Source: a virus
Direction: 5' to 3' (one strand)
Length of the DNA: 64,000 nucleotides
Virus record (IMG/VR): IMGVR_UViG_3300005466_000026
Coordinates: 1-64,000 of that record
A model generated the notes under the pieces. That model did not search any database, was not told the origin of the DNA, and saw only the letters and a list, made by a program, of their open reading frames with translations. Position numbers and translations under genes: made by a program. The stretch's first letter is position 1, and every line of letters starts with the position of its first letter. Shown here piece after piece: positions 31,030 through 41,582 of the stretch.

Positions 31030-31561
31030 TCTCGTGGCTTCCTTCTCTGAGTGTCGCGTAGCCCGATGCTATCGCGTTCTTCAGCGTGACCGGATTTCCT
31101 CCTGCTTCAAGAAACTCGGCCACGGTCTTCTCGTGGTGCTGCACGAGCAGCTCCCACCTCTTGTGAGGCGCGGTGCCCTCCTTCTTGGGGTTCTCACCCT
31201 CGAAGAGGATCACCGCGGTCTTCTGGTCAGCGGCTCCGTCTGCGGAGATCCGCTTCTCCTTCTTCTCCGGCTCCTTGATCCGAGCCTCGTACTTCTCGCG
31301 CTGGGAGCTGATCGACTCCTCGACGTCTCTGTCAAACCTACGAACGCCGTCCGGCACGAGCCAGTGAGACATGAACTTGCCGCTCTTAATGCGCGCGGCG
31401 ATGAACTGTCTCAGGCCCTCCGGCTCCACGCGATCGAGGGCGATCTCCCACTGCTCCCTAGCTGGAGCGGCGGGCGTCTCGCCCTCGGACTTCTCTGCGA
31501 CTCGCGCTGGCCTGTTCTTGACCAGCAGAAAGTCGGGTATGCTCAGGTCATCGCTTCTCAT
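30821..31561 (-). CDS. Hypothetical protein with an FtsZ-tail-like N-terminal peptide and an NPK..GT domain
   Basis: 'DDLSIPDFL'; 'NPKKEGTAPHKRWELL...TVAEFLEAGG...GY'. Confidence 0.55.
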   Translation of the reverse strand: MRSDDLSIPDFLLVKNRPARVAEKSEGETPAAPAREQWEIALDRVEPEGLRQFIAARIKSGKFMSHWLVPDGVRRFDRDVEESISSQREKYEARIKEPEKKEKRISADGAADQKTAVILFEGENPKKEGTAPHKRWELLVQHHEKTVAEFLEAGGNPVTLKNAIASGYATLREGSHENDAGPEDGGEDGGGSGQGRAEPEGGQEERSTANSKAGSSGREARAKRRAQGEAKVGSGGKAGKGRKAKR

Positions 31562-32866
31562 CGACGGCTCTCTTCAGTTGACTGGCGAGGTTGATGGCTA
31601 TGCCAGCCATCACTCTGCCTCGCTCGTCGGCTCGAAGCCCACCGTCCTTGTCTGCGGCGTGCCGCAGACAGTAAGCGATGACGTTGGCGTCGTACGGCTC
31701 CATCGTCACCTGGATCTCGACGGGGCTCTTGCGCTCTACCTTCATCACTCGTCTCCCAGCTTGAGCTCGATGACCTTCTCCTTCTCGTTGAAGGCCACCT
31801 TGCCTATGACGTGATGCACGTTGCCGTCGCTCACCACGACGTCGGTGTCCGCCGGCATGTTGACCAGCGACTTTATCAGCTCGACTACCTTCACGTCTGC
31901 TCTCCTCTGGTTAAGTTGTAGTAGGCCCGAGACGCGCCGAGATCGTCTGTGACGTCGGCGGTTCCCAGATCCCTTCCGTTCTTGTCGAGCGAGATGCCGA
32001 CGCCAATCACGTAGGTCGCCGTCACCTTGCCCTTGCTCACCGCCGACTTGTACGTCAGCGGCTCGCCGCTCAGGAACTCCTTGAGACTAGTCATGCTCGT
32101 TCTCCAGTGACGCCAGTCCCTTCTCGGTCAGTGAGACCGCGCGATACATCATGCTGGTGCCTCTGGCGATGAACACCTGATGCTCGCCGGGACCGTGCAC
32201 CTGCGCCAGACCCATGAGAATTAGACTGGTGAGATCAGGCCCGTGACACTCGCCGTACTGACTGAAGTCCTCCCTGCCTAGCCACTGCAGAAGATCGCGC
32301 TCCTTGTCGCTGAGGATCGGCGTCTCGGGATCAAGGTGATCACCGAACTGCTCCTCTATCATCCGGTTCGTGACGCCCGGAGGAAGGTCCCATCCGAACT
32401 TACTTCTCATCCTCGCCTCCTATCAAGATGGACGCCATGAAGTTGCAGCCAGTAGCCCTCACGTCGGTGATCGTTCCGCAGTCCGTGCAGACGACGAGCG
32501 GCGTGAAGTGGTTCGGCGTGGCAGCAGTGCACCGACTTCGGCACTTCTGGCACGTCCACTTCTGGAAGATCGTCCAGCCCTCCTTCACCTTGCTGCTGGC
32601 GTTCTCCAGGACCTCCTCGTAGGGATGGTCAAGTACTGTAGTCATGTCGTAGTACTCCCTTGAGAGTTGCCCCCGGTCAGCGCGACCGGGGGTGTGAGGA
32701 TGGCTCACTCTGCTGACTTCGTCTCCAGCTTGATGAGACGCTGCTCGAGCTCTCTGACGCAGTTCTCCAGACGAGCAATCGCGTCCCAGGCATCTTCTGG
32801 GTCACTCATGCGACATCCGTTTCCCAGCTCAGTCCACTTCTTGGCTCGATCGACTATGCTCATGAT

Positions 32867-33115
32867 CTAGTCCTTGCGCTTGAGCTCTTCGGCGTGGTCG
32901 ACCAGGAATTGCCTGATCTCGTCAGTCATGGTCAGCAGCTTCTCCCACTGCTCCACGTAGAGAGTGGTGGGGAAGCGTCCCAGTCCGTACAGACTGACGC
33001 CACCCTTGCCGCTGACCTTCAGCCTGAGAGGCTGTCCGCCGGACTTCTGCGCCTTGAGACGGGCGTTCTCTTCTTCGAGCTCCTGGATACGCGACTTCGC
33101 TGCAGCTTGGTTCAT
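32867..33115 (-). CDS. Conserved-looking small hypothetical protein
   Basis: Coiled coil plus 'LKVSGKGGVSLYGLGRFPTTLY.EQW'; AGGAGG RBS. Confidence 0.65.
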   Translation of the reverse strand: MNQAAAKSRIQELEEENARLKAQKSGGQPLRLKVSGKGGVSLYGLGRFPTTLYVEQWEKLLTMTDEIRQFLVDHAEELKRKD

Positions 33116-33373
33116 GTGACCCTCCTAGGTCTGTAGTAGTGTCTAGAGTAGTGTCTAGTCTCTGGTAGTCTTGAGTACGAGTTGAGGTTGGGACGCACGT
33201 CCCAGATCGATGCTCTGTATCTGTCGGGATCTAGTCTCCTTCTCCTGAGGGCTCTCACGATTATGATCGAGCCGATGTCTGGTGGATTGCTCTCCTCGTA
33301 CGCGCCGATCGGTATAGAGCAGACGGCCGACGCGTCTACGCCGTAGAACACGAACTCGAACACTATGAGTCCG

Positions 33374-33631
33374 TCACGGTGCGTGTCCATGATCGGGACC
33401 ACGCACGACTTCAAAGTCTGTCCCATCTCGCCTCCTTCTTCTAGCGTAGCTGCACTTGGGCGACGTCCTCTTGTAGACGTCCCACAGCTTGTTTCGCTCC
33501 TGAGTGCAGATCCTGCACTGACGAAAGACGCCGGGCTTGCGTCCGGCGTAGCTCTTGCGCTTCTTCCAGTACGTGTTCTCGACAGAGAACTCGTGGCCGT
33601 AGGGACAGTGAGTGGCTGATCTCTGTCCCAT
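33374..33631 (-). CDS. Small Zn-finger protein (motif seen at the C-terminus of phage HNH proteins)
   Basis: 'THCPYGH...ENTY...RQCRIC'. Confidence 0.5.
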   Translation of the reverse strand: MGQRSATHCPYGHEFSVENTYWKKRKSYAGRKPGVFRQCRICTQERNKLWDVYKRTSPKCSYARRRRRDGTDFEVVRGPDHGHAP

Positions 33632-34692
33632 CTAGTCGTTCTCCACCGACTTGAGGACGAGCGACAGGCACAGATAGAAGGTGCCTGTCGCCGCGTCGTG
33701 AAGGAGCCAGAAGTTAGCCATGCCGATTATGACGCTGAGAAACATCGACGTCTGCGTCGCTGCCCACCAGAGCCACGCCAGTCTGTCCTTGACTCTGTTC
33801 ATGGTCAGTCCCTCCTCTCGGGAGCTCGCACGCTCAGCGTGCTGAACACCTCTGTGATCTCGTAGACCCGATAGTGCCTGCCGGGTCCCCTCTTGCCGTA
33901 TTCGGCGTGCATCTGCTCGGCCTCTCTTATCGCAGACTCCTTGTCGTCGTGGTAGCCGCAGACCATGCCGCTGGGAAACGACCTCACCTGATAGTTGATT
34001 GACATCAGTCCCTCCCGAAGCCGACTGGAAGGTCGGCGCTCTCGGCCTCGTCGGCCGCCTGCTTCGCGCTCTCTATGTCGATGCCGCACACGTCCTCCAG
34101 CTTCTGGCCGAGGGCCGACTGCTGCAGGTTCTCCGGCAGATTGTCCTTCCAGTCGCTGTACTCCTGCTGCACCTCGAGCAGTCTGTCCAGCGCGGCTGCT
34201 GCGTCGCTGGCCGCGTCCGCCCACCGCCTGGAGCGGCTGGCCTCCTTCACTCTCTTGGGCTTGGCGCGACCTACGCGACCCAGGAGCGCGTTGATCTTGG
34301 CTATGGTGGTGAGCGGCACGGCGGGAGCCGTGGGACTGTCCACGACCTCCGCCAGCAGCAGCATGAGGTCTCGTCGCTTGGGCATCTTGGACTTGCCCAT
34401 GTCCTGCGGCACGCTGGCCTTGACGTCGGCGTCCGTCAGCTTGGTGGTGGCTGTCATGGCTTAGATCTCCTTCAAGAGTGTGTCGCGCTGCTGCAGCTTG
34501 AAGCGCCGCTCGTCGCGGCGCTGTCGTCCTTGATCTCGCTTGTTGAATGGCTCCTCGTGCTTGACGTACGACGGAAGGCTGTTCGCCTTCAGCGGGTTCC
34601 AGCTGAAGAAGTCGCCGATCCACGTCAGGCGCTTCCTCTTCTTGAGGATGAACCTGCGACGTCCACTTCTAAAGATGTTGCTCTTCACGGTC

Positions 34693-35445
34693 TCACCTCT
34701 TTCCCAGAAGGAACCCGCCGCCGCTGCCTCCGCGCGAGGCACCGCCGACCTGCCGGTTGAGGCTGACGCTGCCGCCAGCCGCGTAGCCGTGCGACGCCGC
34801 TGCTCCCATGTGGACGGTCGAGCGCCGACCCTTGCCCAAGTTCGGGAAGAACACCGCGACCTGCCGGTCGACCAGCGACTTCTCCTGCTGGTAGAGAGCG
34901 GGCAGGTTCTCTGGATTGCCCTTCGCGTTGAACTTCGGCTGAGCCGCCTGCTCCTGCTGCTTTCGCAGCTCGCCGATGCGCTCGGTCAGACGAACGAAGC
35001 AGCCGCGCTTGAAGTCCGTCCGCTGGCCCTCGGTCGCGCCGTTCTCGCGCTTCCACTGGCTGGACAGACGCTGCGTCGTGTTCACCAGATACTCCATCAT
35101 CTCGCGGCACATGACGATGTTGTGCTTCCGCCCGACCAGCGTCCAGTTCTTGTTGCCCATGAGGATGGGACGCACCATGTACAGACGACAGACAGCCGAC
35201 GCGAGATGCTTGCGAGCGGGCGAGATGGACCAGCCGTCGTTGAACTCGTCCTTCTCGATGCCGCTCTGCTCCTCGACGCTGAGCTGCGCCTCTTCCAGTC
35301 CGTACTGAGCCATCATCTCCGCGGCCTTGGCCGCGAACGCTGCGGCCTCCGCTTCGTTGTTCGTGCCCTCGGCCTTTGCCTTCAGGGCGCGGATCACGCG
35401 AAGGACCTTGTCCAGCCGTGACTGCTGCTCTTGACTTGTCGTCAT
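34693..35445 (-). CDS. DUF2786-domain protein (second copy)
   Basis: 'IRALKAKAEGTNNEAEAAAFAAKAAEMMAQYGL', 'F..G', 'GYAAG'. Confidence 0.75.
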   Translation of the reverse strand: MTTSQEQQSRLDKVLRVIRALKAKAEGTNNEAEAAAFAAKAAEMMAQYGLEEAQLSVEEQSGIEKDEFNDGWSISPARKHLASAVCRLYMVRPILMGNKNWTLVGRKHNIVMCREMMEYLVNTTQRLSSQWKRENGATEGQRTDFKRGCFVRLTERIGELRKQQEQAAQPKFNAKGNPENLPALYQQEKSLVDRQVAVFFPNLGKGRRSTVHMGAAASHGYAAGGSVSLNRQVGGASRGGSGGGFLLGKR

Positions 35446-37464
35446 GGTAGTCTCCTAGGTTTGATGCTTCAATGATAGCACGGCTCAGCGACGACGGATA
35501 CGCTCCATCCAGTCCTCGTGGGCCAGCTCTGGGTCGGTGTAGTAGTGGCCGGTGTGAAAGCCACCGTCCTCCTTGTTGAACCAGTGAGTGACGTACTCAC
35601 CGCGCTCCGTGCGGCACAGAGTCACTGCCCCCGGTGACGTGGCGGCAGCGGCGCCGAAGTGACATACGTTCACCAGCGTCCAGCCCTTGCTGAACGCTGC
35701 TTGGTTAGGACAGTAGAGTGTTGGCATGGTCAGTCCTCCAGATCTTCGTCGGCGAACGGAATGTTACCCTTGTAGAGCTCCTCGCGTCCCTCGGTGGTCA
35801 TCTGCGGCCAGCCGCCGCCGTTCATGAAGCTGCAGAAGCTGTACGCGTCCCACGGTCTGCCGAACGCGGCGATGGTCTCGCGAGTCGCGCGGTAGCCGGG
35901 TTCCGCCCCCGGCTCCACGAGTTGAACGCGCCACGTGTTGCCGATGCGTCGCACGGTGTGCATGTCGGATGCTCCTACAGGTAAGAGTTGAAGACGAACG
36001 CGAGTATGATCAGCATCGACACGAAGAAGCCGATGCCGGGGGCGACTGTCTCGAGTGTTCTCACTTGCGTAGGCTCCTCTGTGTTGCGGCCACCGTGATG
36101 GCGGCAGCGTGATTGGCGACCATGTCCAGGCGCAGATTGCGCTGGACGTTCATGACGGTGTTGACGGTCCAGCTGAGGATCGTCACCGGAGTGTTGCCCT
36201 TGTCGCTCTCTGCGCAGGCCTCGAGATATCTCTCGCGCTGACGCTTCAGCTCCTCGACGCCCTCCTCGTGGCGCTTGATCAGGACGTCGATCCACTCGAG
36301 ACCGCCGTCGTGGGCCATCTTCAGGAGTGCGTTGTCCCAGTCTCTTCGTGCGCTGCTATTAGTCACTGTACCCTCCTAGGGTGTCTGTGTTGAACTAGAG
36401 TGTCGCTGCGGCGCGAACGTCGCGCCAGTCGTAGCTCACCGTCTTCTTGCCGACGAGAGGCCGGATGAACCGGCCATTCGGCAGCATCACGCCGAACATG
36501 TCGCCTCGCTGAAACATCAGCACCGTGCAGCCCTCGCGGGTCTCGGTGCGGTAGACGTTCCAGTGCGCGTCTAGGTACTGACGCGCGGCTGCAGCCTGCT
36601 TCGGGTGCTGGCTCTGCAGCGCCAGCTCGTTGAGCTGCTCCTGAGTGTAGTGTCGACGGCGCGTCATATTAGTCCCTCCACCTTCATCTGCTTGCGGCGC
36701 TCCTCGAAGTCCATGCAGAACGCGCAGGACTTCTTCGCCTCATCCTCGGTGCGCTCGCGACCGTCGTGGTCGCGGCCCATGTACGTCTGCCAGTGCGGAC
36801 GGTTCATGTCCTGGAGATCCCAGTAAGTCGGCATGTCGCCGTCCTTCTCGGGTACGATCTGGAACTGATCGTTGGATAGTGTCTTCTTGCCGTAGGCCTC
36901 AGCCTCCTGTGGCGTGGCGAACCGCTGGAAGCGGTCGCAGCGACTCCAGTAGGCTCGGCCGCGATGACCCTCGGCCAGCAGGTAGATGTGATACGGCACT
37001 GGATACTGACCCCACTGCGGAGCGTAGTCGGTGGTCGACATTGAGCGAATGAGATACATTGTGCTTCTCCTTATTCTGCGTAGCAGATCAGTTGACCGGA
37101 ACGGTAGAAGACGCCTACCTTGTAGGCCTCGTCTACCACGATTATCTTCCACTCGTCGCACGGTCGGCAGTTGTCTCGGCCGTGCACCATCGCCCAGCGA
37201 TGGGCCTCGTCGACTGTCTTGAACGACGGGCTCACGTCCTTGGTAGTCATGTGGCTTCTCCTGTTTGAGTTGACTAGATGTAGCCGTAGAGCATGGCTTC
37301 GATGTGTGACTTCTGCTCCTCGCGAGTGCTGAGCTTCATCAGCTCTCGCGCCTCTTTCTCGGTGCAGCCGAACTCATCGGCTAGGTTCTCAATTACGATC
37401 TTGCGCTTCTTCAGCGACAGCTTGTTGTACGGCATCTTTTTTCTCTTGTTCATCTTGGCTTCTC

Positions 37465-37923
37465 CTAGATGCGAACGGCCATGATCTTGGCGTTCTCGAT
37501 TAAGCTCTTCAGCGTCTTGTAGTCCTCGATGTTGCAGTGCGGAGGGCGCGTCTGGATGATCTCCTCCAGCAGCACCATCTGCGACGACGACAGACGAACG
37601 CGCTTCGTCTTGCCCTTCTTCTGCTTCTTCGGCGCTGGCGCGGCTGCGACAGGACCGTCGGGAAACAGTACCTCGAACTGCGAGTAGAACTTCTTCATGT
37701 TGCCGCCGCGCTTCTCGATCTCGGCTACGTATCCGGCGATCTGCTTCTGCACCGTCGCTAGATCCTCGCCGTCCTGCACGGCGTTCTCGTATCCCGCGCA
37801 CTCGAAGCACTCGTAGCAAAGCGGCGACGAGCGATCCTGGTGAGTGATGCGCGTGCTGCGGTCGCAGGTCGCGCACTTGAACACACCGCGACCGTCGCGC
37901 TGAAAGTGATTTGCTTTTCTCAT
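37465..37923 (-). CDS. Zn-finger hypothetical protein, first gene of the leftward early unit
   Basis: ATG at 37923 with GGAG RBS; CxxC...CxxC. Confidence 0.55.
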   Translation of the reverse strand: MRKANHFQRDGRGVFKCATCDRSTRITHQDRSSPLCYECFECAGYENAVQDGEDLATVQKQIAGYVAEIEKRGGNMKKFYSQFEVLFPDGPVAAAPAPKKQKKGKTKRVRLSSSQMVLLEEIIQTRPPHCNIEDYKTLKSLIENAKIMAVRI

Positions 37924-37984
37924 GGTGGTTCTCCGTTTGCTTGTGCATGTATAATGTGTGATAGCCTGAAAATTGACTAACGCA

Positions 37985-38545
37985 GAAGGCGGAGGCTCTC
38001 GCCTCCGCCCGCTGCAATCTCTTTGTCGTTGCTCTCCTCGCCTTCCTCCGCTCGTGCCGCCACTCATCTCGCTACTGCGGATGCGGTGGTCATCTGGTGT
38101 GAGATGCGGATTTCGGTTCCTTCGTGAGCGCCTCGTCTGGATCCTGCCAGGGATCCTCTGCGCTTCTAATGTTCTTGGCTCGTGGGCTGGATACTTCCGC
38201 CCTGCGACGACGACCCTCGGTCTGCGTTCTGGTGTTCGTCTACGAGTTTCCTGCCGGTTCAAAATTCTGCCAAAAAATTTTGCTGGCCAGCAGCAGCAAC
38301 GGGTCCGCCCCGTTGTATTCGCGGTGTCCTAAACCACGGTAGCTTTTTTCGGCCGCTGAAGGGCGCTCGCTACCGTAAGGAGTCTTCCCTGTTTTTGCCC
38401 TTTTCGCCCCGGGACCGAAGCCGCTGTGGGGGAGGGGAATTGGCGGGACTTGACTCTTTTCGCCGGTGCCAGTTAGGGGATGGGGTTGGAGGCCACCGCT
38501 TGCTAACCAGCACCCTCATAATAGCCTACCCCTAGGGGTAGGCCA
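37985..38545 (-). ncRNA. Candidate long structured non-coding RNA or leader
   Basis: No credible ORF; several stems; ends in a GGCGGAGGC-GAGA-GCCTCCGCC-TTCT terminator-like hairpin; downstream of a CtrA box. Confidence 0.35.
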
Positions 38546-38593
38546 AGCGATATTCTTAGGCTTTTATACCTATTCATAGATTGGTTCCTAGGG

Positions 38594-38609
38594 GTTAATG
38601 AGACGTTAA
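38594..38609 (-). promoter_or_regulatory. CtrA-binding site (TTAA-N7-TTAAC)
   Basis: Minus strand TTAA-CGTCTCA-TTAAC in an AT-rich intergenic region, exact consensus. Confidence 0.7.
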
Positions 38610-38619
38610 TTTTTCGTCG

Positions 38620-40623
38620 CTATTTTGGAAGGTCAGCCCACGTGCCGGTCGCGGTTCCCCACGTCCGGCCGTACTCGGCGTCCACCATCATGGGAACCTC
38701 GAGAGAAACTATCTCGCGCATGATCTGCGTTATCTCGTTCCCTGTCTTCTCACTGGCCTGACTGAAGCCGAGCTCGTCGTGCATCTGGATGAGCGGTACG
38801 TGGCCAGCATCGTAGCACGCTCGCATGGCCATCTTGGTCTGCCGCGCCGCGCTGCCCTGAATGAGACCATTCATGGCCTTTCGACACTCGGCCCGCCGCA
38901 GTCTCTTGCCGTACCACGGATGGTCCTTGTCCCTCACCCGCTCGCGAGCCTCCTCGATCCGGCAGTAGCCCATCTTGATCTGGCCGCCGCTGCCCCATCC
39001 TCTGCGCCGCTCGTCCTCTGAGAGCCAAGTCGGCTCCCACATGTCGAAGTGAATTCGGGCTCCGTCTATCAGCCGTATGAACCCGGTGCGACTGGCCTTC
39101 TCCTGACACAGAGTGTTCAGCTGCTTGACGAACGGCATCTGCTCGTCGTACTGCGTCATTATCTTCTCGGCCTCCTCCATGCTCTTGTTGATCATGGAGG
39201 CGAACTTCTTCACGCCAGCGCCGTACGACTTCGCGAAATTCGTGTCCTTCGCTGGCTTGCGCGGCAGACCAGTCATGTCGGCGACCATGCTGTGAAAGTC
39301 GGTGCGCGGATCTGTTCTGTAGCGAGTCGCGGCCTCCAGCGCCTTCTTCAGCTTGTTGCGAACCGCGAAGTGCACTATCAGCCGGTACTCCTGCTGAGAG
39401 TAGTCCGCCGACATCCACGCCTCGCCCTCCTCGGGCAGGAACAGCCCCCGGATGAGCGTCGCCAGCTCCTCGTTCCGATGCGGCATCTGCTGCAGCGGGG
39501 GGTCGGAGTAGCTGAAGCGATAAGTGCGAGTGCCGCCCTCCTCGGACTTGAACTGATTGATGGAGGCGTGAAGCCTGCCGAGATGGGCGTAGTCTATGAT
39601 GTACGACTGAACGAACTTGTGCGCGGCCTCGTGATACTCCTTCGCCTTGACCAGCATGGGAGGGAGCCAGTGCGGCGAGTCCTTCATCCACTTCTTCTCG
39701 AAGCTGCCGCGTCCAGTACCGTCGCGCGGGAACTTGATCTTCAGCTTGGTGAATACGTCCGTCATCCAGCCGTTGGATCGCAGGTCGTCGATGTCGACGC
39801 CGTGTCCCAGCTTGGAGCTGATGTCGCGGAAGGTCTCCCTAGACGTCTCGATGCAGTGTGCCTTCACCTGCTCGGCGGCCTCTAGATCTACGCGAATGCC
39901 GCGCCTGCGCATGGCGTGGACCACCGGCAGGAGATCCATCTCGAGCTGGTACGCGTCTACTGTCTTCTCCTTCTCCATCAGCGGTCGCAGCTTGTGCGCC
40001 AGCTGGAGCGTGCGAACCGCGTCGGTCTCCGCGTACTCTCCCACGAACTTGGCCGGGAGCCGCCACATGTCCGTCTTCGGATCGATGCCGTAGGACGCCG
40101 CTGCGTCTCTGAGAACTCGCTCCTCCTTGCCCGGTAGTCCTTGCCACTCGCAGAGCGCGTCGAGATTGAACTCGAAGCGGTTCTCGTCTATCATGTTGGC
40201 CATGCACGTCGTGTCGTCCACCTGGGATGGACACCCGACGCCGAGATCTACGTCGCCCCATCCCACGTCGAACGGCGCGTTCTGCATCACGAAGCGGACG
40301 CCAGCCCTCTGATGGTCCTTCTCCCATCTGGCGATCTGGTCGGGCTGGAAGCACTCGGTGTCCGGATGCCTGATCGGCGCGTAGAAGGACTCGAAGACCT
40401 CACCCTTCTTCCACGCTGCGCTGACGCCTATCACGTAGCCAGCCTTCATCGCCCATCCTGGACCGCGCTCGGCCGCGAGGCCGTCGTCCTTGCACTCGCG
40501 GTCGAAGCCTATCTCCTTGCACCTGCGGAGATCAGGCAGCTCAGTCGGCGGCTCCCAGTCGCTGGTCGGCGTGAACAGCGGGTCCTGAAAGCCGCCGACG
40601 TGATAGTTCTTGCGCTTCTTCAA
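38620..40623 (-). CDS. polA: Family A DNA polymerase with 3'-5' exonuclease domain
   Basis: Exo motifs 'FDRE', 'NAPFD', 'YAETD'; motif A 'ADYSQQEYR', B 'RKPAKDTNFAKSYG', C 'HDEL'; TTG start overlapping the upstream stop. Confidence 0.95.
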   Translation of the reverse strand: MKKRKNYHVGGFQDPLFTPTSDWEPPTELPDLRRCKEIGFDRECKDDGLAAERGPGWAMKAGYVIGVSAAWKKGEVFESFYAPIRHPDTECFQPDQIARWEKDHQRAGVRFVMQNAPFDVGWGDVDLGVGCPSQVDDTTCMANMIDENRFEFNLDALCEWQGLPGKEERVLRDAAASYGIDPKTDMWRLPAKFVGEYAETDAVRTLQLAHKLRPLMEKEKTVDAYQLEMDLLPVVHAMRRRGIRVDLEAAEQVKAHCIETSRETFRDISSKLGHGVDIDDLRSNGWMTDVFTKLKIKFPRDGTGRGSFEKKWMKDSPHWLPPMLVKAKEYHEAAHKFVQSYIIDYAHLGRLHASINQFKSEEGGTRTYRFSYSDPPLQQMPHRNEELATLIRGLFLPEEGEAWMSADYSQQEYRLIVHFAVRNKLKKALEAATRYRTDPRTDFHSMVADMTGLPRKPAKDTNFAKSYGAGVKKFASMINKSMEEAEKIMTQYDEQMPFVKQLNTLCQEKASRTGFIRLIDGARIHFDMWEPTWLSEDERRRGWGSGGQIKMGYCRIEEARERVRDKDHPWYGKRLRRAECRKAMNGLIQGSAARQTKMAMRACYDAGHVPLIQMHDELGFSQASEKTGNEITQIMREIVSLEVPMMVDAEYGRTWGTATGTWADLPK

Positions 40624-41582
40624 GTCTCCGCCTCCCACGCGCGGTCTATCAGGTGATGCTTCTCGTCGCTCGGGTTCCACTCGTAGAGTGTAGCGACCCA
40701 CTCCTGCATCTTCTCCCACTCGTGACGATTGGCTTCTTCCTGAAACTTCGGGAAGTACTCTCTGGCGCCGAGAGGACACAGAGCGATCTTGACGACGTAC
40801 AAGTTACCCTGCGTCGGCTTGAAGTCGTACAGACTGCGGATGAGCGCGGGCGGCTCTCCGAACTTCGGATCGCACACGCTGGCCTCTAGAACCCACAGAG
40901 GACCGACTCTTCTGAACCACGTCTCGATGTGCATCTGCGTGAATACGTTGTTGATCACGTCGTCGGTCATCACCCACGGAGCCAGCGACTCGTGCTGCCC
41001 GCCGTCCTCAGGAGTACCGATGACTCTCTTGTCGTCGAACGGTGGTTTAGAGTACGCGTCCACCGACTCTACGCTGGTGTCGCTGTTCCAGACCTCGCTC
41101 ATCCTGCGAGCCTCCTCCGCAGTCAGCCGAGGCGCGACGATGATCTTCTTCTCTCGCTCCGGCAGCACCGCGCCGCGCGAGATCATCTCGGCCTCGATCA
41201 GCGTGGCGTAGCGCCGCAGGTCCCGGAGGCAGGCTAGAACGCTGCCGTCCTTGCCGCTCGGGTCGTCGTGTATCTTCTCGAAGACGTCCTCCTCGCTCAG
41301 CTTCTGCACCATCCACTCGGCCAGCTCGTGAGACAGCGTGTACTCCTTGTCCGGGTCCGTAGCTACGTCCTGAAGGTCCTCTCGGCTGAAGCTCTCCGGC
41401 CACGGCACGGAGGCCATCATGTTCAGCAGTCGGTCCATGTTCCTGCGAAACATGAACCACGCGCTTCGTCCACCGGCCATCTTCCAGCTTCCCTGATAGG
41501 TGGCCTCCTTCTCCCTGAGCAGCATGACGTCGCTGTCGGCGACGCGCTGCAGATGCTCCAGATGCTTCATGTCGTGGCTCAT
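40620..41582 (-). CDS. Nucleotide-modification-associated domain protein (Nmad1-like N-terminus)
   Basis: 'LREKEATYQGSWK..GG...FM..RNMDRL' and 'DLRRYATLIEAEM' resemble this family in hmU phages; adjacent to HD and TS-like genes. Confidence 0.55.
   Translation of the reverse strand: MSHDMKHLEHLQRVADSDVMLLREKEATYQGSWKMAGGRSAWFMFRRNMDRLLNMMASVPWPESFSREDLQDVATDPDKEYTLSHELAEWMVQKLSEEDVFEKIHDDPSGKDGSVLACLRDLRRYATLIEAEMISRGAVLPEREKKIIVAPRLTAEEARRMSEVWNSDTSVESVDAYSKPPFDDKRVIGTPEDGGQHESLAPWVMTDDVINNVFTQMHIETWFRRVGPLWVLEASVCDPKFGEPPALIRSLYDFKPTQGNLYVVKIALCPLGAREYFPKFQEEANRHEWEKMQEWVATLYEWNPSDEKHHLIDRAWEAET

Noticed and set aside
33120-37470. Recurring CTCCTAG motif upstream of minus-strand genes as a phage promoter
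   Set aside because: It reads CTAGGAG on the coding strand a few nt before start codons, i.e. the Shine-Dalgarno sequence
37924-38262. N-terminal extension of ORF 37465-38262
   Set aside because: Arg-rich low-complexity translation crossing a terminator-like hairpin; a better start with RBS exists at 37923
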